From an uncultured delta proteobacterium (GTDB lineage Bacteria > Desulfobacterota > Binatia > UBA9968), in NCBI GenBank assembly GCA_963737905.1, contig CAVTUQ010000032.1, forward strand, positions 1-64,000: a stretch of 64,000 nucleotides of DNA. The letters are read 5' to 3'. The notes under the pieces were generated by a model. It had not been told where the DNA came from. It ran no database searches and worked only from the letters and a program-made list of their open reading frames with translations. A program made the translations under genes and the position numbers. Below, piece after piece: positions 48,726 to 59,612 of this stretch (positions are counted from its first letter, which is position 1; every line of letters starts with the position of its first letter).

Positions 48726-51700
48726 CTATATGTCGCGGGTAAGTGCCGCGTCAATCAAACGATCAAGTCGCCTAATCCCTAATTTCTGCATGCGTGAACG
48801 CAAGGTACTAGGATTGAGGCCAAGAATTGCCGCGGCTCCTCTCGGGCCCTCAACCCGCCATCGGGTTTGTTGTAGAACTTGAAGAATATGGCTTCGCTCA
48901 AGCTCCTCCAATGTCGGCGCGTGAGGTGGCGACTCCATGGCATGCCTCACCTCCGGCATATCTTTCCCGGAAGGCGCAACGAAGGAAACGGCCCACTCTT
49001 CCGGGAGCTGGAGCAGACGTCCCACCGAAATCACCGCCGCTCTTTCAATCACGTTCTGCAGCTCCCGGATGTTGCCCGGCCACTCATAACGCTGAAGCGT
49101 CTCCAGCACTTCGGCCGGGATCGGATCGAATAATCGCCCCAACCGCCGGCTCGCTTCCCGCAAAAATACCTCCGCTAATAATCCTATATCTGCCCGTCGC
49201 TCTCTTAACGGCGGTAACCCGATCGGATAAACGTTGAGCCGATAGTAGAGATCGACTCTAAATCTTCCTCTTTGAACTGCTTGTAAAAGGTCGCGGTTGG
49301 TCGCGGCGATCACCCGCACGTCGACTTTGATCGTCTTGCCGCTCCCCAGCCGCTCAAACTCCCCCTCTTGCAGCACCCGCAGCAGCTTGGCCTGAAGCTT
49401 CAACGACAAATCCCCCACCTCGTCCAAAAAGATCGTCCCACCATCCGCCAGCTCAAAACGCCCCACCTGCCTGCCCGTGGCCCCGGTAAAGGCTCCCTTC
49501 TCATGTCCAAACAGCTCGCTCTCGATCAATTCCCCGGGTAACGCCGAACAGTTCACCTTTACCAGCGGTTTGTCTCTCCTCTCACTCTGTCCATGCACCG
49601 CCCGAGCCACGAGTTCCTTCCCTGTTCCCGTCTCTCCCAAAACCAAAACGGTCATGTCCGTCGCCGCTACCTGATTTACTTGCCGAAGAACCTTGAGGAT
49701 CCCCTCGCTCCTACCGATGATTTCCCGATCCCGATACGCTTCAGAGACTTCCCTGCGTAGATACACGTTCTCGGCTTCCAAGCGCTCCTTCAAACGGTGA
49801 ATCTCCTCCTCAGCTAGCTTGCGCTCGGTAACGTCCACCAGAACTCCCATGACTCTGGTGCATTGACCGTCCTGGTCGTAGATCGGCTCGCCCCGCGTCA
49901 CCACCCAACGAATGGTGCCGTCGGGCCAGACCACTCGGTACTCGCAGCGGTACTCTTTTTTCTCCGTAATCGCTGCTTCGACCGCTGCTTCAGCGCGTGG
50001 GAGGTCCTCGGGATGCAGGCACTTAGCCCAGGCATGATAGCTTGGCTCCACGCTAAACGGCAGTAGACCCATGAGGAGAAAATATTCCTTAGACCACTTG
50101 CACAGGTTGGTGCGTCTATCCCAATCCCAAACTCCCATCCGGCCTGATCTGAGCGCGAGCCGTAGACGCTCTTCACTGTCCCGGAGCGCCTGCTCGCTCT
50201 CGCGCAACGCCTGTTCTGCGTGCTTCCGATCCGTGATGTCGCGAATGTAACCGAGAAAGTAAACCGGATTTCCTTTTGAGTCTGTCACCATTGAACAGTT
50301 CAGATAGACCCAGACAATATGACCATCTTTGCGAACGTAGCGTTTTTCGAGATCAAATGATTTGATCTCCCCCCGGATCAATCGGTGACACTGGCGCCAG
50401 CCCGCCTCGAAGTCGTCGGGATGCGTTATATCCTTTGAGGAGACTCCCAGCAGTTCTGCTGCGCTGTAGCCGAGAAGTTCGCACAGGGTCGGCGGCACCT
50501 TCAGCCAGCGACCCTCCAGATCCGCATGAGTCAGCATAACGAGAGAACTCTGCTCCGCCCGCGCCAAACGTTCCTCGCTCTCCCGGAGCGCATCCTCGGC
50601 GCGCTTGCGTTCTATTTCAGCCGCCGCGCGGGCGGCAAAAATTTCCAGTATTGATCTGGCACGCCGTTCATCCTCGAGAGGTTTGTTGTCAATGATGCAG
50701 AGACTGCCGATGAGCCGCCCCGCTGAATTTAACAGCGGTGCGCCCATGTAGCTGACCGCGTTGAGATCTTCAAGAGCGCTGCATTCAGGAAACCGCTCTT
50801 GCACCCGCTCCCGGCAATAGAAGAGTTTTCCTTCGCGCATCACCTGCCCGCAGGGAGCGTTCGCTACCTTATACTCATAGTTTTTCTCCCACCCTTGACC
50901 TACCCAGGCCGCAAGGGTCCTCAATCCGGAGTTCTGCTCGTCCGTCACCTCGGCGACCATCGCACAGTGGACCTCGAGCGCCCCCGCCACATGGCGAACA
51001 TAAGCCGGAAAGAATTCTTCTCCTATCACGGCCGTGCCAGCCACGAGGTCTTGCAATGCCTGCTCGGCTTGCTTGCGTTCAGTGATGTCGATATTGGCCC
51101 CCACCCACTCCTGGATATTACCGTCCGGCGTTAGAATCGGCACTGCGTGGACATAAAAATGCCTCTGGCTTCCATCACGAGCGCGAACCCGCAACTCATT
51201 CTGGTAGGTGCGCTTTTCAACCATTGCCCGCTCCCAGAACCGCCTGGTCCGCTCGCGGTCGTCAGGATGAACAGCCTCCAGCCAACCCAACCCGCGCATC
51301 GCGTTCTCGTTCTGCCCGGTGAGCTCTTGCCAGCTCGGGGTGACAAAGACACCCTCCCCCAGCGCGTTTGCCCGCCACACCATCTCCGAACTCGCCATCA
51401 CCAGCGCCCGGTACCGGGCCTCGCTCTCTCGCAAGGTCTGCTCCTTGTCCCGCCGCTCCTGGGTCAATACCGCTAACAACATCAGTGGCAGGGCGGTCAC
51501 AATGAGATAAAATTGGACCGAAAGAACGTTCTCCACTGGCGCGTTCATAGCGAAGAAACCTAGTCCGCTGGCCGTACTTTTAAAAGCAAAATACGCGACA
51601 AGCAGCAGCGAGAGGCATAGTCCCTCCAGCCTGAAGCGTACTGCGGACCATAAAAGAACCGGCAAAGGTAAGATAATAGGGCACGCGATTCCCAGAAACT

Positions 51701-52397
51701 CTTCGACTTCCATACCGAAAGATACCGAACTGGTGAGCACGAGGGCGACCATGAACAAACCCGCTTCGATATAGCGCTGGGGCTTAACCCAATCAGCTTT
51801 CATGATTGGGCCGCGCCTAAATAATAAAATGATGAGCGGCACGATCATAAGGGTCGAAAGAGCGTTAGACAGGATACGCGCCCGCCACGCGTACCAGTAG
51901 TTTTGTTCCCACCCGCTAAGCACATAGAGATAGGCAGCGATGCTAGAGACGGCCACGGGCGCAAGAATGACGGCGCCCAAGGTAAAGACAACCACGCCTC
52001 TAAAATTGTTAAAAAGCGGTGCTTCTTTGTTGAAGTAACGCACGCTGAAGGCGCCCAGTGATGCTTGACTAAAATTGCCGATGAGCTGGCTTACAATCCC
52101 CCAACCCGGCACACCGTCTTGCAGTTGCAGGAAGACATGCACTGGAATAACTGCGAGCAGATAGATCCACCACTTTCGCAGTGGCACCAGGAGCAGCGCG
52201 GCGAGCAGGATAGCGGTGGGTGGCCAGAGGAGCGAAAGATGAGAGTCGGGAAATCGCAGTGCTTTGGCTACCCAAGCGCCAGCGAAATAGCCCGCGCAAA
52301 CCAGCAACACCGGCTGAGCTTGAGACATAAGATCAGCCATGCGGCGCGCGGTTCCGTCTTTAAGGGAGTCTTCCGGTATCGCAAGCGATTCTGCCAT
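48726..52397 (-). CDS. Membrane-anchored sigma54 activator (MASE1, PAS, GAF, PAS, PAS, AAA+, Fis HTH)
   Basis: [19 protein letters not shown]1 motif with many TM; HPDD/DITERK PAS-PAC; [22 protein letters not shown]. Confidence 0.93.
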   Translation of the reverse strand: MAESLAIPEDSLKDGTARRMADLMSQAQPVLLVCAGYFAGAWVAKALRFPDSHLSLLWPPTAILLAALLLVPLRKWWIYLLAVIPVHVFLQLQDGVPGWGIVSQLIGNFSQASLGAFSVRYFNKEAPLFNNFRGVVVFTLGAVILAPVAVSSIAAYLYVLSGWEQNYWYAWRARILSNALSTLMIVPLIILLFRRGPIMKADWVKPQRYIEAGLFMVALVLTSSVSFGMEVEEFLGIACPIILPLPVLLWSAVRFRLEGLCLSLLLVAYFAFKSTASGLGFFAMNAPVENVLSVQFYLIVTALPLMLLAVLTQERRDKEQTLRESEARYRALVMASSEMVWRANALGEGVFVTPSWQELTGQNENAMRGLGWLEAVHPDDRERTRRFWERAMVEKRTYQNELRVRARDGSQRHFYVHAVPILTPDGNIQEWVGANIDITERKQAEQALQDLVAGTAVIGEEFFPAYVRHVAGALEVHCAMVAEVTDEQNSGLRTLAAWVGQGWEKNYEYKVANAPCGQVMREGKLFYCRERVQERFPECSALEDLNAVSYMGAPLLNSAGRLIGSLCIIDNKPLEDERRARSILEIFAARAAAEIERKRAEDALRESEERLARAEQSSLVMLTHADLEGRWLKVPPTLCELLGYSAAELLGVSSKDITHPDDFEAGWRQCHRLIRGEIKSFDLEKRYVRKDGHIVWVYLNCSMVTDSKGNPVYFLGYIRDITDRKHAEQALRESEQALRDSEERLRLALRSGRMGVWDWDRRTNLCKWSKEYFLLMGLLPFSVEPSYHAWAKCLHPEDLPRAEAAVEAAITEKKEYRCEYRVVWPDGTIRWVVTRGEPIYDQDGQCTRVMGVLVDVTERKLAEEEIHRLKERLEAENVYLRREVSEAYRDREIIGRSEGILKVLRQVNQVAATDMTVLVLGETGTGKELVARAVHGQSERRDKPLVKVNCSALPGELIESELFGHEKGAFTGATGRQVGRFELADGGTIFLDEVGDLSLKLQAKLLRVLQEGEFERLGSGKTIKVDVRVIAATNRDLLQAVQRGRFRVDLYYRLNVYPIGLPPLRERRADIGLLAEVFLREASRRLGRLFDPIPAEVLETLQRYEWPGNIRELQNVIERAAVISVGRLLQLPEEWAVSFVAPSGKDMPEVRHAMESPPHAPTLEELERSHILQVLQQTRWRVEGPRGAAAILGLNPSTLRSRMQKLGIRRLDRLIDAALTRDI

Positions 52398-52597
52398 CTT
52401 TATCCCCTCTCGCTTTTCCGGTGTGCCATATCTCGGAGAATCTCTTTGACTAAAACGGAGTCTAATCCAATTCGTCCTCTCATCACAAGAGTGAGAAATT
52501 GGATGACTAGCAGAACCTATGACTTGGAGCGCTGCTGGCTAGTTTGGGATGGCTTTTATAATTTTTCCGCGCGGGATGTTTGCTGACGAATCGACAA

Positions 52598-52984
52598 CTA
52601 CACGGTGTCGGCTAGCCAGGCTACGGCAGGTTTTGAGTCGTGGAAGACGGCAATTTTGAGACCACGTTTCGCCAGACCTCGGGTCAGTGCAAGCAGCTCA
52701 TCGTACTGCTCGATTTCCCGCGGGGATACAATGGCGACCTTGTTGGTAGAGGGCCATAGGTCCGGTTCCACTCCATCAACAAAGGCCTGGATATCGGCGT
52801 CTTCAACGTTGCTCACGGCATCTTGTAGATCGATTACGACTTTGCAGTCTCGGAGAGGCTGGGTTGCCGTCGCCACTTCCTGGAAAATCTGCTCGAATCC
52901 CTTTATATCCATCACGCCGCGGGTGATCATGACCAGGTGATTGCCTCTATCCGGCCAACTGAACAGCTTAATTTGAAAATCCAT
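52598..52984 (-). CDS. Hypothetical ~128-aa protein, SpoIIAA/STAS-like by inference
   Basis: KVVIDL, KVAIVSP, IAVFHDSKPAVAWL pattern; GAGGA RBS. Confidence 0.7.
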   Translation of the reverse strand: MDFQIKLFSWPDRGNHLVMITRGVMDIKGFEQIFQEVATATQPLRDCKVVIDLQDAVSNVEDADIQAFVDGVEPDLWPSTNKVAIVSPREIEQYDELLALTRGLAKRGLKIAVFHDSKPAVAWLADTV

Positions 52985-53018
52985 TAACTTCCTCAAATCC
53001 GGGGAATGTAAGACCTTG

Positions 53019-53065
53019 AAGAATCTTTGTCTTGACATTGAACGACACAGTATTGACATCCGCGG
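53019..53065 (-). promoter_or_regulatory. Candidate AraC binding site / promoter, copy 1
   Basis: TTGACA direct repeat 21 bp apart (53032, 53053); whole block repeated at 53634-53678. Confidence 0.65.
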
Positions 53066-53178
53066 CCGGATGGGGCTCGGACAAGCGGCGAGAAATATGT
53101 GTTTGCGGGGACCAGGTCGACGCGTTATTAGCCCATCCTACGCGAGCGGCTCAAGGCGAAAACGTCAAGGCTACGTAG

Positions 53179-53610
53179 TCAATTCAGGACGGGCGCTTTC
53201 TTTTTCTGGGTCAGCCACTCGATGGCCCGAGGGATGTCGTAGAAGACGTCTGCTTCTAAACCCTGGTCCGAGAGGCAAACGCTGAGTAAAAACAGTTGAT
53301 CAGACTGCTCGATCGCCGGCGCAGAGACTAAGGCAATTCCGCCGTGCAGAGGCCAGAGAAACGGCCTAAGTTCGTCAAACAGGCCATAGATATCACGGTA
53401 AGTAAATCTGTAGCTGCCCTGACGCAAATCGATTAAGACCCCGCGACCCACGAGCATTCGGTTTATCTGCGCAGCGTCAAGAAAAATCTTCTTGATTCCC
53501 TCGGCCTCGATGTGGCCGCGAGCAACAACGGTCACGTGATCCTCTCCGGTAACCGGCCAGCTAAAGAAACCCGCTTCGATATCCATGGTATTATTATTTT
53601 GCTTATCCAT
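53179..53610 (-). CDS. Hypothetical protein, paralog of 52598..52984
   Basis: FSWP...H, VLIDL, LWP, IALVS, VFYD..AIEWL shared with its neighbour. Confidence 0.7.
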   Translation of the reverse strand: MDKQNNNTMDIEAGFFSWPVTGEDHVTVVARGHIEAEGIKKIFLDAAQINRMLVGRGVLIDLRQGSYRFTYRDIYGLFDELRPFLWPLHGGIALVSAPAIEQSDQLFLLSVCLSDQGLEADVFYDIPRAIEWLTQKKKAPVLN

Positions 53611-53633
53611 ATCTTCAAGCATAAGGACTGGAT

Positions 53634-53678
53634 AAGAATTTGTCTTGACACTGAGCGACAGTCCATTGACAGCTGCGG
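53634..53678 (-). promoter_or_regulatory. Candidate AraC binding site / promoter, copy 2
   Basis: TTGACA at 53645 and 53666, in the divergent spacer next to araC. Confidence 0.65.
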
Positions 53679-53717
53679 TGATTTGGAGCTAAGAAAAAAT
53701 GGGAGCTTGGAGGTCCT

Positions 53718-54734
53718 GTGCGAGCAAGACCGATGATCTCTATAGCCGCTACCGCGGGCCTCCTCGAGGCCATCGCAGCGGCAGGTGGAAATCCGGATCA
53801 GGTCCTTCAGGCCTGGGATCTGGATCGCTCGGTCTTTTCCAAGGCGGAGGGTTTTATCCCCTGTTCCGCCTTCGCTGGAATCCTAAAAGACGCAGCTCGG
53901 GCGACAGGCGATGATTGCTTCGGGTTACATTTCGGTGAGAGCTTTCACCCCAAAAATATCGGCCCGTTGGCCTATGTCGCGTTAAACTCCCCCACGATCG
54001 GCGCCGGTATACAGAACGTTGAGCGTTACCTTCACGTCTACGACGCGTCGGCCAAGTGGTTCTTCACGACGGAAGGAAATCGCGGCTATATTCGCTATCT
54101 GTTAACCGACGTGGGCATCGAGCCGCTGCGACAAATCAACGAGCACGGCATGACGCTCGTCATTAACACACTCCGCATGATGGTGGGGAGCCAATGGGCC
54201 CCGCTGGAAGTACAGTTTGCCCACGAGGCGCCTGAAGAGACGTCAGAGCACCATCGAATCTTTCGTGCCCCAGTGGTATTTGGCTGCGAGACCAATGCCC
54301 TGGTCATCGAGCTTGGGTTCGCTGATCGAGAGGTCCCGGCCGCAGATCAACAATTGTACCAGATTATGAAGCAATACCTCGATCAAGTATTGAGCGATAT
54401 GCCGCGGGAAGACGGCCTGCTCAGCTCGATTCGAAAGGCAATTGCAGAATCGATGCGGGATGGGGATCCGAAGTTGGCACGGGTCGCGAAAAAAATGGCG
54501 ATGGGTCCGCGCACGCTCCAACGGCGACTCAAGGAATATGGCTTTGACTTCAAGAAGCTGGTTGAAGACACCCGCCAACGTTTTGCCGTCAGCTACCTCA
54601 AGGACCGGAAAAACTCTCTTACCGAGGTCGCTTTCCTGCTCGGCTACTCGGAGCTTAGCGCCTTCAACCGCGCATTCAAACGCTGGACCCGCTCGACCCC
54701 TTTGAACTACCAGCGCAAGATGCTTATGCAATAG
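53718..54734 (+). CDS. AraC-family regulator (OruR/VqsM-like N-terminal domain)
   Basis: GDDCFGLHFG, FRAPVVFG, MGPRTLQRRL, VAFLLGYSELSAFNRAFKRW. Confidence 0.94.
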   Translation: MRARPMISIAATAGLLEAIAAAGGNPDQVLQAWDLDRSVFSKAEGFIPCSAFAGILKDAARATGDDCFGLHFGESFHPKNIGPLAYVALNSPTIGAGIQNVERYLHVYDASAKWFFTTEGNRGYIRYLLTDVGIEPLRQINEHGMTLVINTLRMMVGSQWAPLEVQFAHEAPEETSEHHRIFRAPVVFGCETNALVIELGFADREVPAADQQLYQIMKQYLDQVLSDMPREDGLLSSIRKAIAESMRDGDPKLARVAKKMAMGPRTLQRRLKEYGFDFKKLVEDTRQRFAVSYLKDRKNSLTEVAFLLGYSELSAFNRAFKRWTRSTPLNYQRKMLMQ

Positions 54735-54770
54735 TAGTATCGAATGCCATGTCAACGCACATTCAGGTTT

Positions 54771-56882
54771 TCAGGCTTTTGGCTGCTCCTGGTCGACGTT
54801 CCCTTCATTGTTTTCACTTCCGTGGATATCTGCCGATCTCTTTTTATCCTTGATGCTGTCGATGCTTCTCACTTTCAGAATCGCTTGCAATGCGGGTCTG
54901 TCAACGACTTCCTTTTCCAGCAGTAGTCGGGCCAACTCTTCCAGTGCCGCTCGGCGAGAGATGAGGAGATCTCGAGCTCGGGTATGAGCTTCGGTGAGTA
55001 TTTGTTTTACCTCTTCATCGATCAGCCGGGCAGTTTCCTCGCTGTACTCTTTGGAACTCTGAGTCGGCACCATCAGGAACGTGGCAGTCCTAGCTCCTTC
55101 TAAAGAGGCTAGGCCTAGTTTTTCACTCATGCCGAATTGGGTGATCATCGTTCTGGCAATCTCGGTCGCTCGCTGAAGGTCGTTCTGAGCGCCGGTTGAG
55201 ATGTCCCCGCAGACGATCTCCTCCGCGACTCTTCCTCCCAGAAGGACGCAGATCCGCGCGAGTAGCTCGGAACGGGTCATGAGATAGCGATCTTCCGTCG
55301 GCAGTTGGCTTGTGTAACCCAAGGCGGCGATGCCCCTCGGGATAATAGAGATCTTGGAAACGGGATCAGCGCCAGGCACCAGCTCCGCCACAAGGGCGTG
55401 ACCCGACTCATGGTAGGCGACGATCTTTTTCTCCTTGGGATTGATGACGTGGCTCTTCTTTTGTAGTCCCGCGACTACCCGTTCAATCGCCTCGTCGAAT
55501 TCCGCCATCTCTATGGACTCCTTGTCCTGGCGCGCGGCCAGCAAAGCAGCCTCGTTGACGATGTTGGCTAGGTCCGCGCCGACGAAGCCCGGAGTCTTCG
55601 CTGCCACTATGGCGAGATCCAGATCAGGAGAGAGTTTCACTTTCTTCGCGTGCAGTTGGAGGATTTTCGTGCGTCCCTTGATATCGGGACGATCCACCAG
55701 GATTTGCCGATCAAAACGGCCGGGCCGTAACAGGGCGGCGTCCAGGATCTCGGGGCGGTTGGTAGCGGCCATGATGATGACCCCCTGGTTCGGATCAAAC
55801 CCGTCCATCTCGGCTAAGAGCTGATTGAGGGTCTGCTCCCGCTCGTCGTTGCTGGAAAGCACGTTCACTCCCCGGGCCTTGCCTACGGCATCGAGCTCAT
55901 CGATGAAGATGATGCTGGGGGCACTTTTCACGGCTTGAAGAAACAGGTCCCTGACCCGAGCCGCCCCGACTCCGACAAACATTTCGACAAAGTCGGAACC
56001 GGAAAGGCTGAAAAAGGGAACGCCGGCCTCACCGGCGACTGCGCGAGCAAGCAGTGTTTTCCCTGTGCCCGGCGGCCCCACGATCAAAACACCCTTGGGA
56101 ATACGCCCGCCCAGTCTCTGATACTTTTCCGGATCCTTCAGGAATCCGACAATTTCAGCGACCTCTTCTTCGGCCTCGTCGATTCCCGCGACATCGGCAA
56201 ATGTTACTCCCGTTGCCTTTTCAATGTAGACCTTTGCCTTGCTTTTACCGATCTGCATTAAGCCGCTGCCTGCCGACCCCAGCTTCTTGCCAAGATAGCT
56301 CCACAGCAAAAAAAATAGCCCCACCGGAACCACCCAGGATAAAATGGTCGGAAGCCAATTGTTGGCTACCTCCCCTTTGAAGGGAACTTTTGCCGCTTCA
56401 AGTTCCGCAGTCAAGCCGGGATCCTCTACTCGCACCGTTTCAAACGGTAACAGTTTTTTGCCTTCAACGATTTCCGGAGGAATCTTTTTTACTTTCTCCG
56501 GCGTAAAAATTTCCTTAACGGCCGCTCCCTTCAAATTGCCATCAATGGTCGTCTCGCCGATTGCAAGATCGTTGACAAGGTCTTTTTTGAGTAGAGATTT
56601 GAATTGGCTGTAGCTGATGATCTCGACATGAGCCCTGATAAAGTAGTTTTGAATCATTAGGATAGTTAAAAAAACGAAAACGAAATACCCGATGGAAAGT
56701 TGCCGCCGTTTCTTTTCCATCGGTAGCTTGTTTTTCTTTCTCGCTTGGTAGTCAGTCCGCAGGTCGGTGAGGAATTTCTTTACAGACTCTCGTGGACCGG
56801 CTTTCTGTGGCATTTTGTCGTCCTGCCGATTGGACAAGAGCGGAACTCTTCGGATTACAGAGCTATGAAATGGGATTCTCAT
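54771..56882 (-). CDS. ftsH: ATP-dependent zinc metalloprotease FtsH, paralog 2
   Basis: [29 protein letters not shown]; start uncertain (ATGA overlap at 56882). Confidence 0.95.
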   Translation of the reverse strand: MRIPFHSSVIRRVPLLSNRQDDKMPQKAGPRESVKKFLTDLRTDYQARKKNKLPMEKKRRQLSIGYFVFVFLTILMIQNYFIRAHVEIISYSQFKSLLKKDLVNDLAIGETTIDGNLKGAAVKEIFTPEKVKKIPPEIVEGKKLLPFETVRVEDPGLTAELEAAKVPFKGEVANNWLPTILSWVVPVGLFFLLWSYLGKKLGSAGSGLMQIGKSKAKVYIEKATGVTFADVAGIDEAEEEVAEIVGFLKDPEKYQRLGGRIPKGVLIVGPPGTGKTLLARAVAGEAGVPFFSLSGSDFVEMFVGVGAARVRDLFLQAVKSAPSIIFIDELDAVGKARGVNVLSSNDEREQTLNQLLAEMDGFDPNQGVIIMAATNRPEILDAALLRPGRFDRQILVDRPDIKGRTKILQLHAKKVKLSPDLDLAIVAAKTPGFVGADLANIVNEAALLAARQDKESIEMAEFDEAIERVVAGLQKKSHVINPKEKKIVAYHESGHALVAELVPGADPVSKISIIPRGIAALGYTSQLPTEDRYLMTRSELLARICVLLGGRVAEEIVCGDISTGAQNDLQRATEIARTMITQFGMSEKLGLASLEGARTATFLMVPTQSSKEYSEETARLIDEEVKQILTEAHTRARDLLISRRAALEELARLLLEKEVVDRPALQAILKVRSIDSIKDKKRSADIHGSENNEGNVDQEQPKA

Positions 56883-57052
56883 ATATTAGTCAGCTTTCTT
56901 TTATACCCGCTCCGCCGACCGCTGAGCAGGATGTTAATCAGCGCTAACGCTGCAGCAGCAACCAGCAACAGGTGAATCATTCCACCGGCGACCTGAGTGA
57001 CCAAGCCCAAGACCCACAGACCAAGAAGAACAACGAAAACGGCCCAAGGCAT
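56879..57052 (-). CDS. 57-aa lmo0937-family (DUF5670-like) membrane protein
   Basis: Read by hand: MPWAVFVVLLGLWVLGLVTQVAGGMIHLLLVAAAALALINILLSGRR...; GAGG RBS. Confidence 0.8.
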   Translation of the reverse strand: MPWAVFVVLLGLWVLGLVTQVAGGMIHLLLVAAAALALINILLSGRRSGYKRKLTNI

Positions 57053-57067
57053 AATTCACCTCAAGGT

Positions 57068-57562
57068 TCATATTGTTTCTGCTGCGTGCTGGTTATCCTT
57101 AACCAGCCACCGCTCCCGCATGATCTTGTCCTGGATCCGCAGCAGCCCCTCGGTCAGGGCCTCGGGCCGGGGCGGGCACCCGGGAACATAAACGTCCACA
57201 GGAACGATTTTGTCTACGCCTTTGCAGACCGAGTAGGCGAGCTGAAAAAGTCCCCCACAGTTGGCGCAGCTCCCCATCGAGATGACGTATTTCGGATCGG
57301 GCATCTGATCGTAAAGCAGCTTGGTCCGCTTGGCCATTTTGTAAGTCAGCGTCCCGGCCACGATCATCAGATCCGACTGGCGAGGCGTAGCCCGCGGGAC
57401 AGCACCAAACCGATCGATATCGGCGCGCGGACCTCCCGTTTGCATCAGTTCGATAGCGCAACAGGCCAAACCAAACAACATGTACCACTGAGACGAAGCG
57501 CGCCCCCAATTAAGGAGATCATCAACTTTTGTCGTAAAAACGGTTTCGGGTAACTGGTTCAA
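57068..57562 (-). CDS. nuoB: NADH-quinone oxidoreductase subunit B, stand-alone copy
   Basis: [48 protein letters not shown]; TTG start. Confidence 0.92.
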   Translation of the reverse strand: MNQLPETVFTTKVDDLLNWGRASSQWYMLFGLACCAIELMQTGGPRADIDRFGAVPRATPRQSDLMIVAGTLTYKMAKRTKLLYDQMPDPKYVISMGSCANCGGLFQLAYSVCKGVDKIVPVDVYVPGCPPRPEALTEGLLRIQDKIMRERWLVKDNQHAAETI

Positions 57563-57605
57563 TAATGACGTAAAAGCCTCCTAGTTCTCTTCGATTTTCC
57601 ATTTA

Positions 57606-57666
57606 AACGTACGCCGACTTCGGAAGGATTGCTGTCCAATATTGGACGATCACAGAAGAATTATCG
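57606..57666 (-). promoter_or_regulatory. Duplicated upstream block (second copy at 58889-58951)
   Basis: TTCGGAAGGATTGCTGTC..TATTG.ACGA shared; this copy contains the palindrome GTCCAATATTGGAC. Confidence 0.55.
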
Positions 57667-57681
57667 CGAGGCCGTGATCTA

Positions 57682-57760
57682 CCTTGCGTGAACGCTCGTT
57701 CTACCTCACGCAAGATTCCGTCGGGCTGTCGCAGCCAAGCTCCACAATTTGATCCGCGCG
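57682..57760 (-). pseudogene. Duplicated 3' end of the phosphomannomutase gene
   Basis: CGTGAACGCTCGTTCTA.CTCACGCAAGATTCCGTCGGG matches about 62212-62292. Confidence 0.8.
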
Positions 57761-57785
57761 CTACGCACAATGCAGCACTCCATGT

Positions 57786-58760
57786 TCATCGAATCACCCT
57801 ATCCGCCCTCACCAGCACATTCGGCGGGATCGTCAGGCCGATCTCCTTCGCGGTTTTTAGATTGATGACGAGGTCAATCCTATCGACTCCCTCCACCGGC
57901 AAGTCCTTGGGTTTAACACCAGTAAGAATGCGCTGGACATACTTCGCTGACAGGCGGCCAATTTCGTGGCGGCTCACGCTGTAGCTGGCGAGGCCTCCCT
58001 TGATGACAGAACTGGGGGTGACGAACATAGTCGGTAACCTCTTGGCCCTTGCCGTGTCGATGATCAGTTGAGTATGGACAACCGCGATCGCGTCCGACAC
58101 TTCAAAGTAGGCATCCATTTCCCCGGCCTTAAGCGCTTGCACACCTGCCCGAAGTTCCTCGGCGGAAGCGATGTGCCGCTCGACAAACTGAAGTCCCATC
58201 TGTCCCGCAGTCTCTCGCACCAACTTGGCGGACTCACTGGCAACACGACTGCGGGGGTTATAGAACGTTACTACCCGATGAAGCTTCGGCACTATCTCTT
58301 TAAAGATCTCCAGACGCTTCGTAGTAAGATCGGTGTCCCGGTAGAAGACGCCTGTAAGTCTTCCACCCGGTTTTGCGAAGCTCGCCACTAGCCCGATATC
58401 AACCGGGTCGGCCCCAGCACAGAAAACGATGGGGATGTCTACCGTCGCCCGCTTTGTTGCTAGGGTGACTGAGGTTTGAGTTGTATATATCAGGTTGACT
58501 TTCTCTTCTTCGAGATTTTTGGCTGCCTCCTCCGCCGCCTTCGCATCGCCCTTGGTATCTCGAATTGCCAGAGTAAATTGCTTCCCCTCTTCAAACCCCA
58601 GCTGCTTGAGACCGGCCCTGAGCCCGTCAATTACCTCGTACCATGCGCCGCCTGCAGTAACGACACCGACTCGGTAGACCTTTAGCTGCTGCGCCTCGGC
58701 GAGGTTCGGGTGCACCATCATTACAGCAACGAGCAGTGACAGACCTATTCCTGTTTTCAT
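57786..58760 (-). CDS. ABC transporter substrate-binding protein (ABC_sub_bind type)
   Basis: ADPVDIGLVASFAKPGGRLTG, KRLEIFKE, GGLASYS, PKDLPVE, INLKTAKEIGLTIP. Confidence 0.92.
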   Translation of the reverse strand: MKTGIGLSLLVAVMMVHPNLAEAQQLKVYRVGVVTAGGAWYEVIDGLRAGLKQLGFEEGKQFTLAIRDTKGDAKAAEEAAKNLEEEKVNLIYTTQTSVTLATKRATVDIPIVFCAGADPVDIGLVASFAKPGGRLTGVFYRDTDLTTKRLEIFKEIVPKLHRVVTFYNPRSRVASESAKLVRETAGQMGLQFVERHIASAEELRAGVQALKAGEMDAYFEVSDAIAVVHTQLIIDTARAKRLPTMFVTPSSVIKGGLASYSVSRHEIGRLSAKYVQRILTGVKPKDLPVEGVDRIDLVINLKTAKEIGLTIPPNVLVRADRVIR

Positions 58761-59229
58761 TGTCTTTCCAAGATGCAAGGCGTAGTCCTACCGCGAACAT
58801 TCTTCACGACCTTCCGAACCGTATCGATGGGGTGCGGTGTCACTGAGCAACGCTGAGTGGCCATAAATTTAGGCTCCTTTCCTCTCCGAACTTACGCTGA
58901 TTCGGAAGGATTGCTGTCTAGTATTGAACGACTCTGGAAAAAGATTTATCGGCAGATATGCAGCCGATCCCGGAAGTCTTCAGAATGAACTGGATAAGAG
59001 ATTTGCTTGAACGGGGAGATTTCAGCCCCAACTCCGCTTTTTCCTTGCACCCTTGTTATGGGAATTGGCCTCGGACCAACGAACGATGGTTGCCTCTAAC
59101 TCGCGAGAATTTCAACGTAACCATGTTGTCGCCAATGTCAATGCCGTCGCTTGCGCCAAGTGAAATTACTGAAGCCCAGGGGCCATTGATGGCCCGCAGA
59201 CACGTATCGGGTCCCGGCTCCCCGGCATA

Positions 59230-59570
59230 CATCGCTAGCAGTCGGTTCTTAGTCACGAAATCCACGATACGCTTCAGGTGTGTTGATGAGGGGTTCGGGC
59301 GCGGTAATCGAGATTGGCGTCTTGCGCTCGACTTGCTCGCACGAGCGTAGGGGCCGCCGCGATCGATTTGCCAGTACAGCAGAGAGAAGGTCAGCACGTT
59401 GGCCACCCATATCGCGTTGGCGACCGACGGTTGGAGCGTGCTCGCGCCGATCATATCTGCCAGCTCCACGATTGTGTTGGCAACATAGACCACGGCAAGG
59501 AGTATGATCGTCGTTCGCTCGATGCGCAGCCACTTTCCTCCCCTTGACACGGTGAAACGCCGTGATTAAG
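59230..59570 (-). pseudogene. Fused stubs: DUF1345-like membrane protein and ABC binding protein
   Basis: AIWVANVLTFSLLYWQIDRGGPYAR followed by KRIVDFVTKNRLLAMY. Confidence 0.5.
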
Positions 59571-59582
59571 TTCCCCACATCT
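59552..59582 (+). promoter_or_regulatory. Possible heat-shock (RpoH-like) promoter
   Basis: GTGAAA-N15-CCCCACATCT upstream of the Hsp20 gene; imperfect match. Confidence 0.3.
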
Positions 59583-59612
59583 AAACAAAAGCTTTAAAAA
59601 GGAGGGCTAATT

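Noticed and set aside
31600-52430. Other TGGCAC hits as sigma54 promoters (near 31612, 40675 and 52423)
   Set aside because: None has GC at the required 10-nt spacing.
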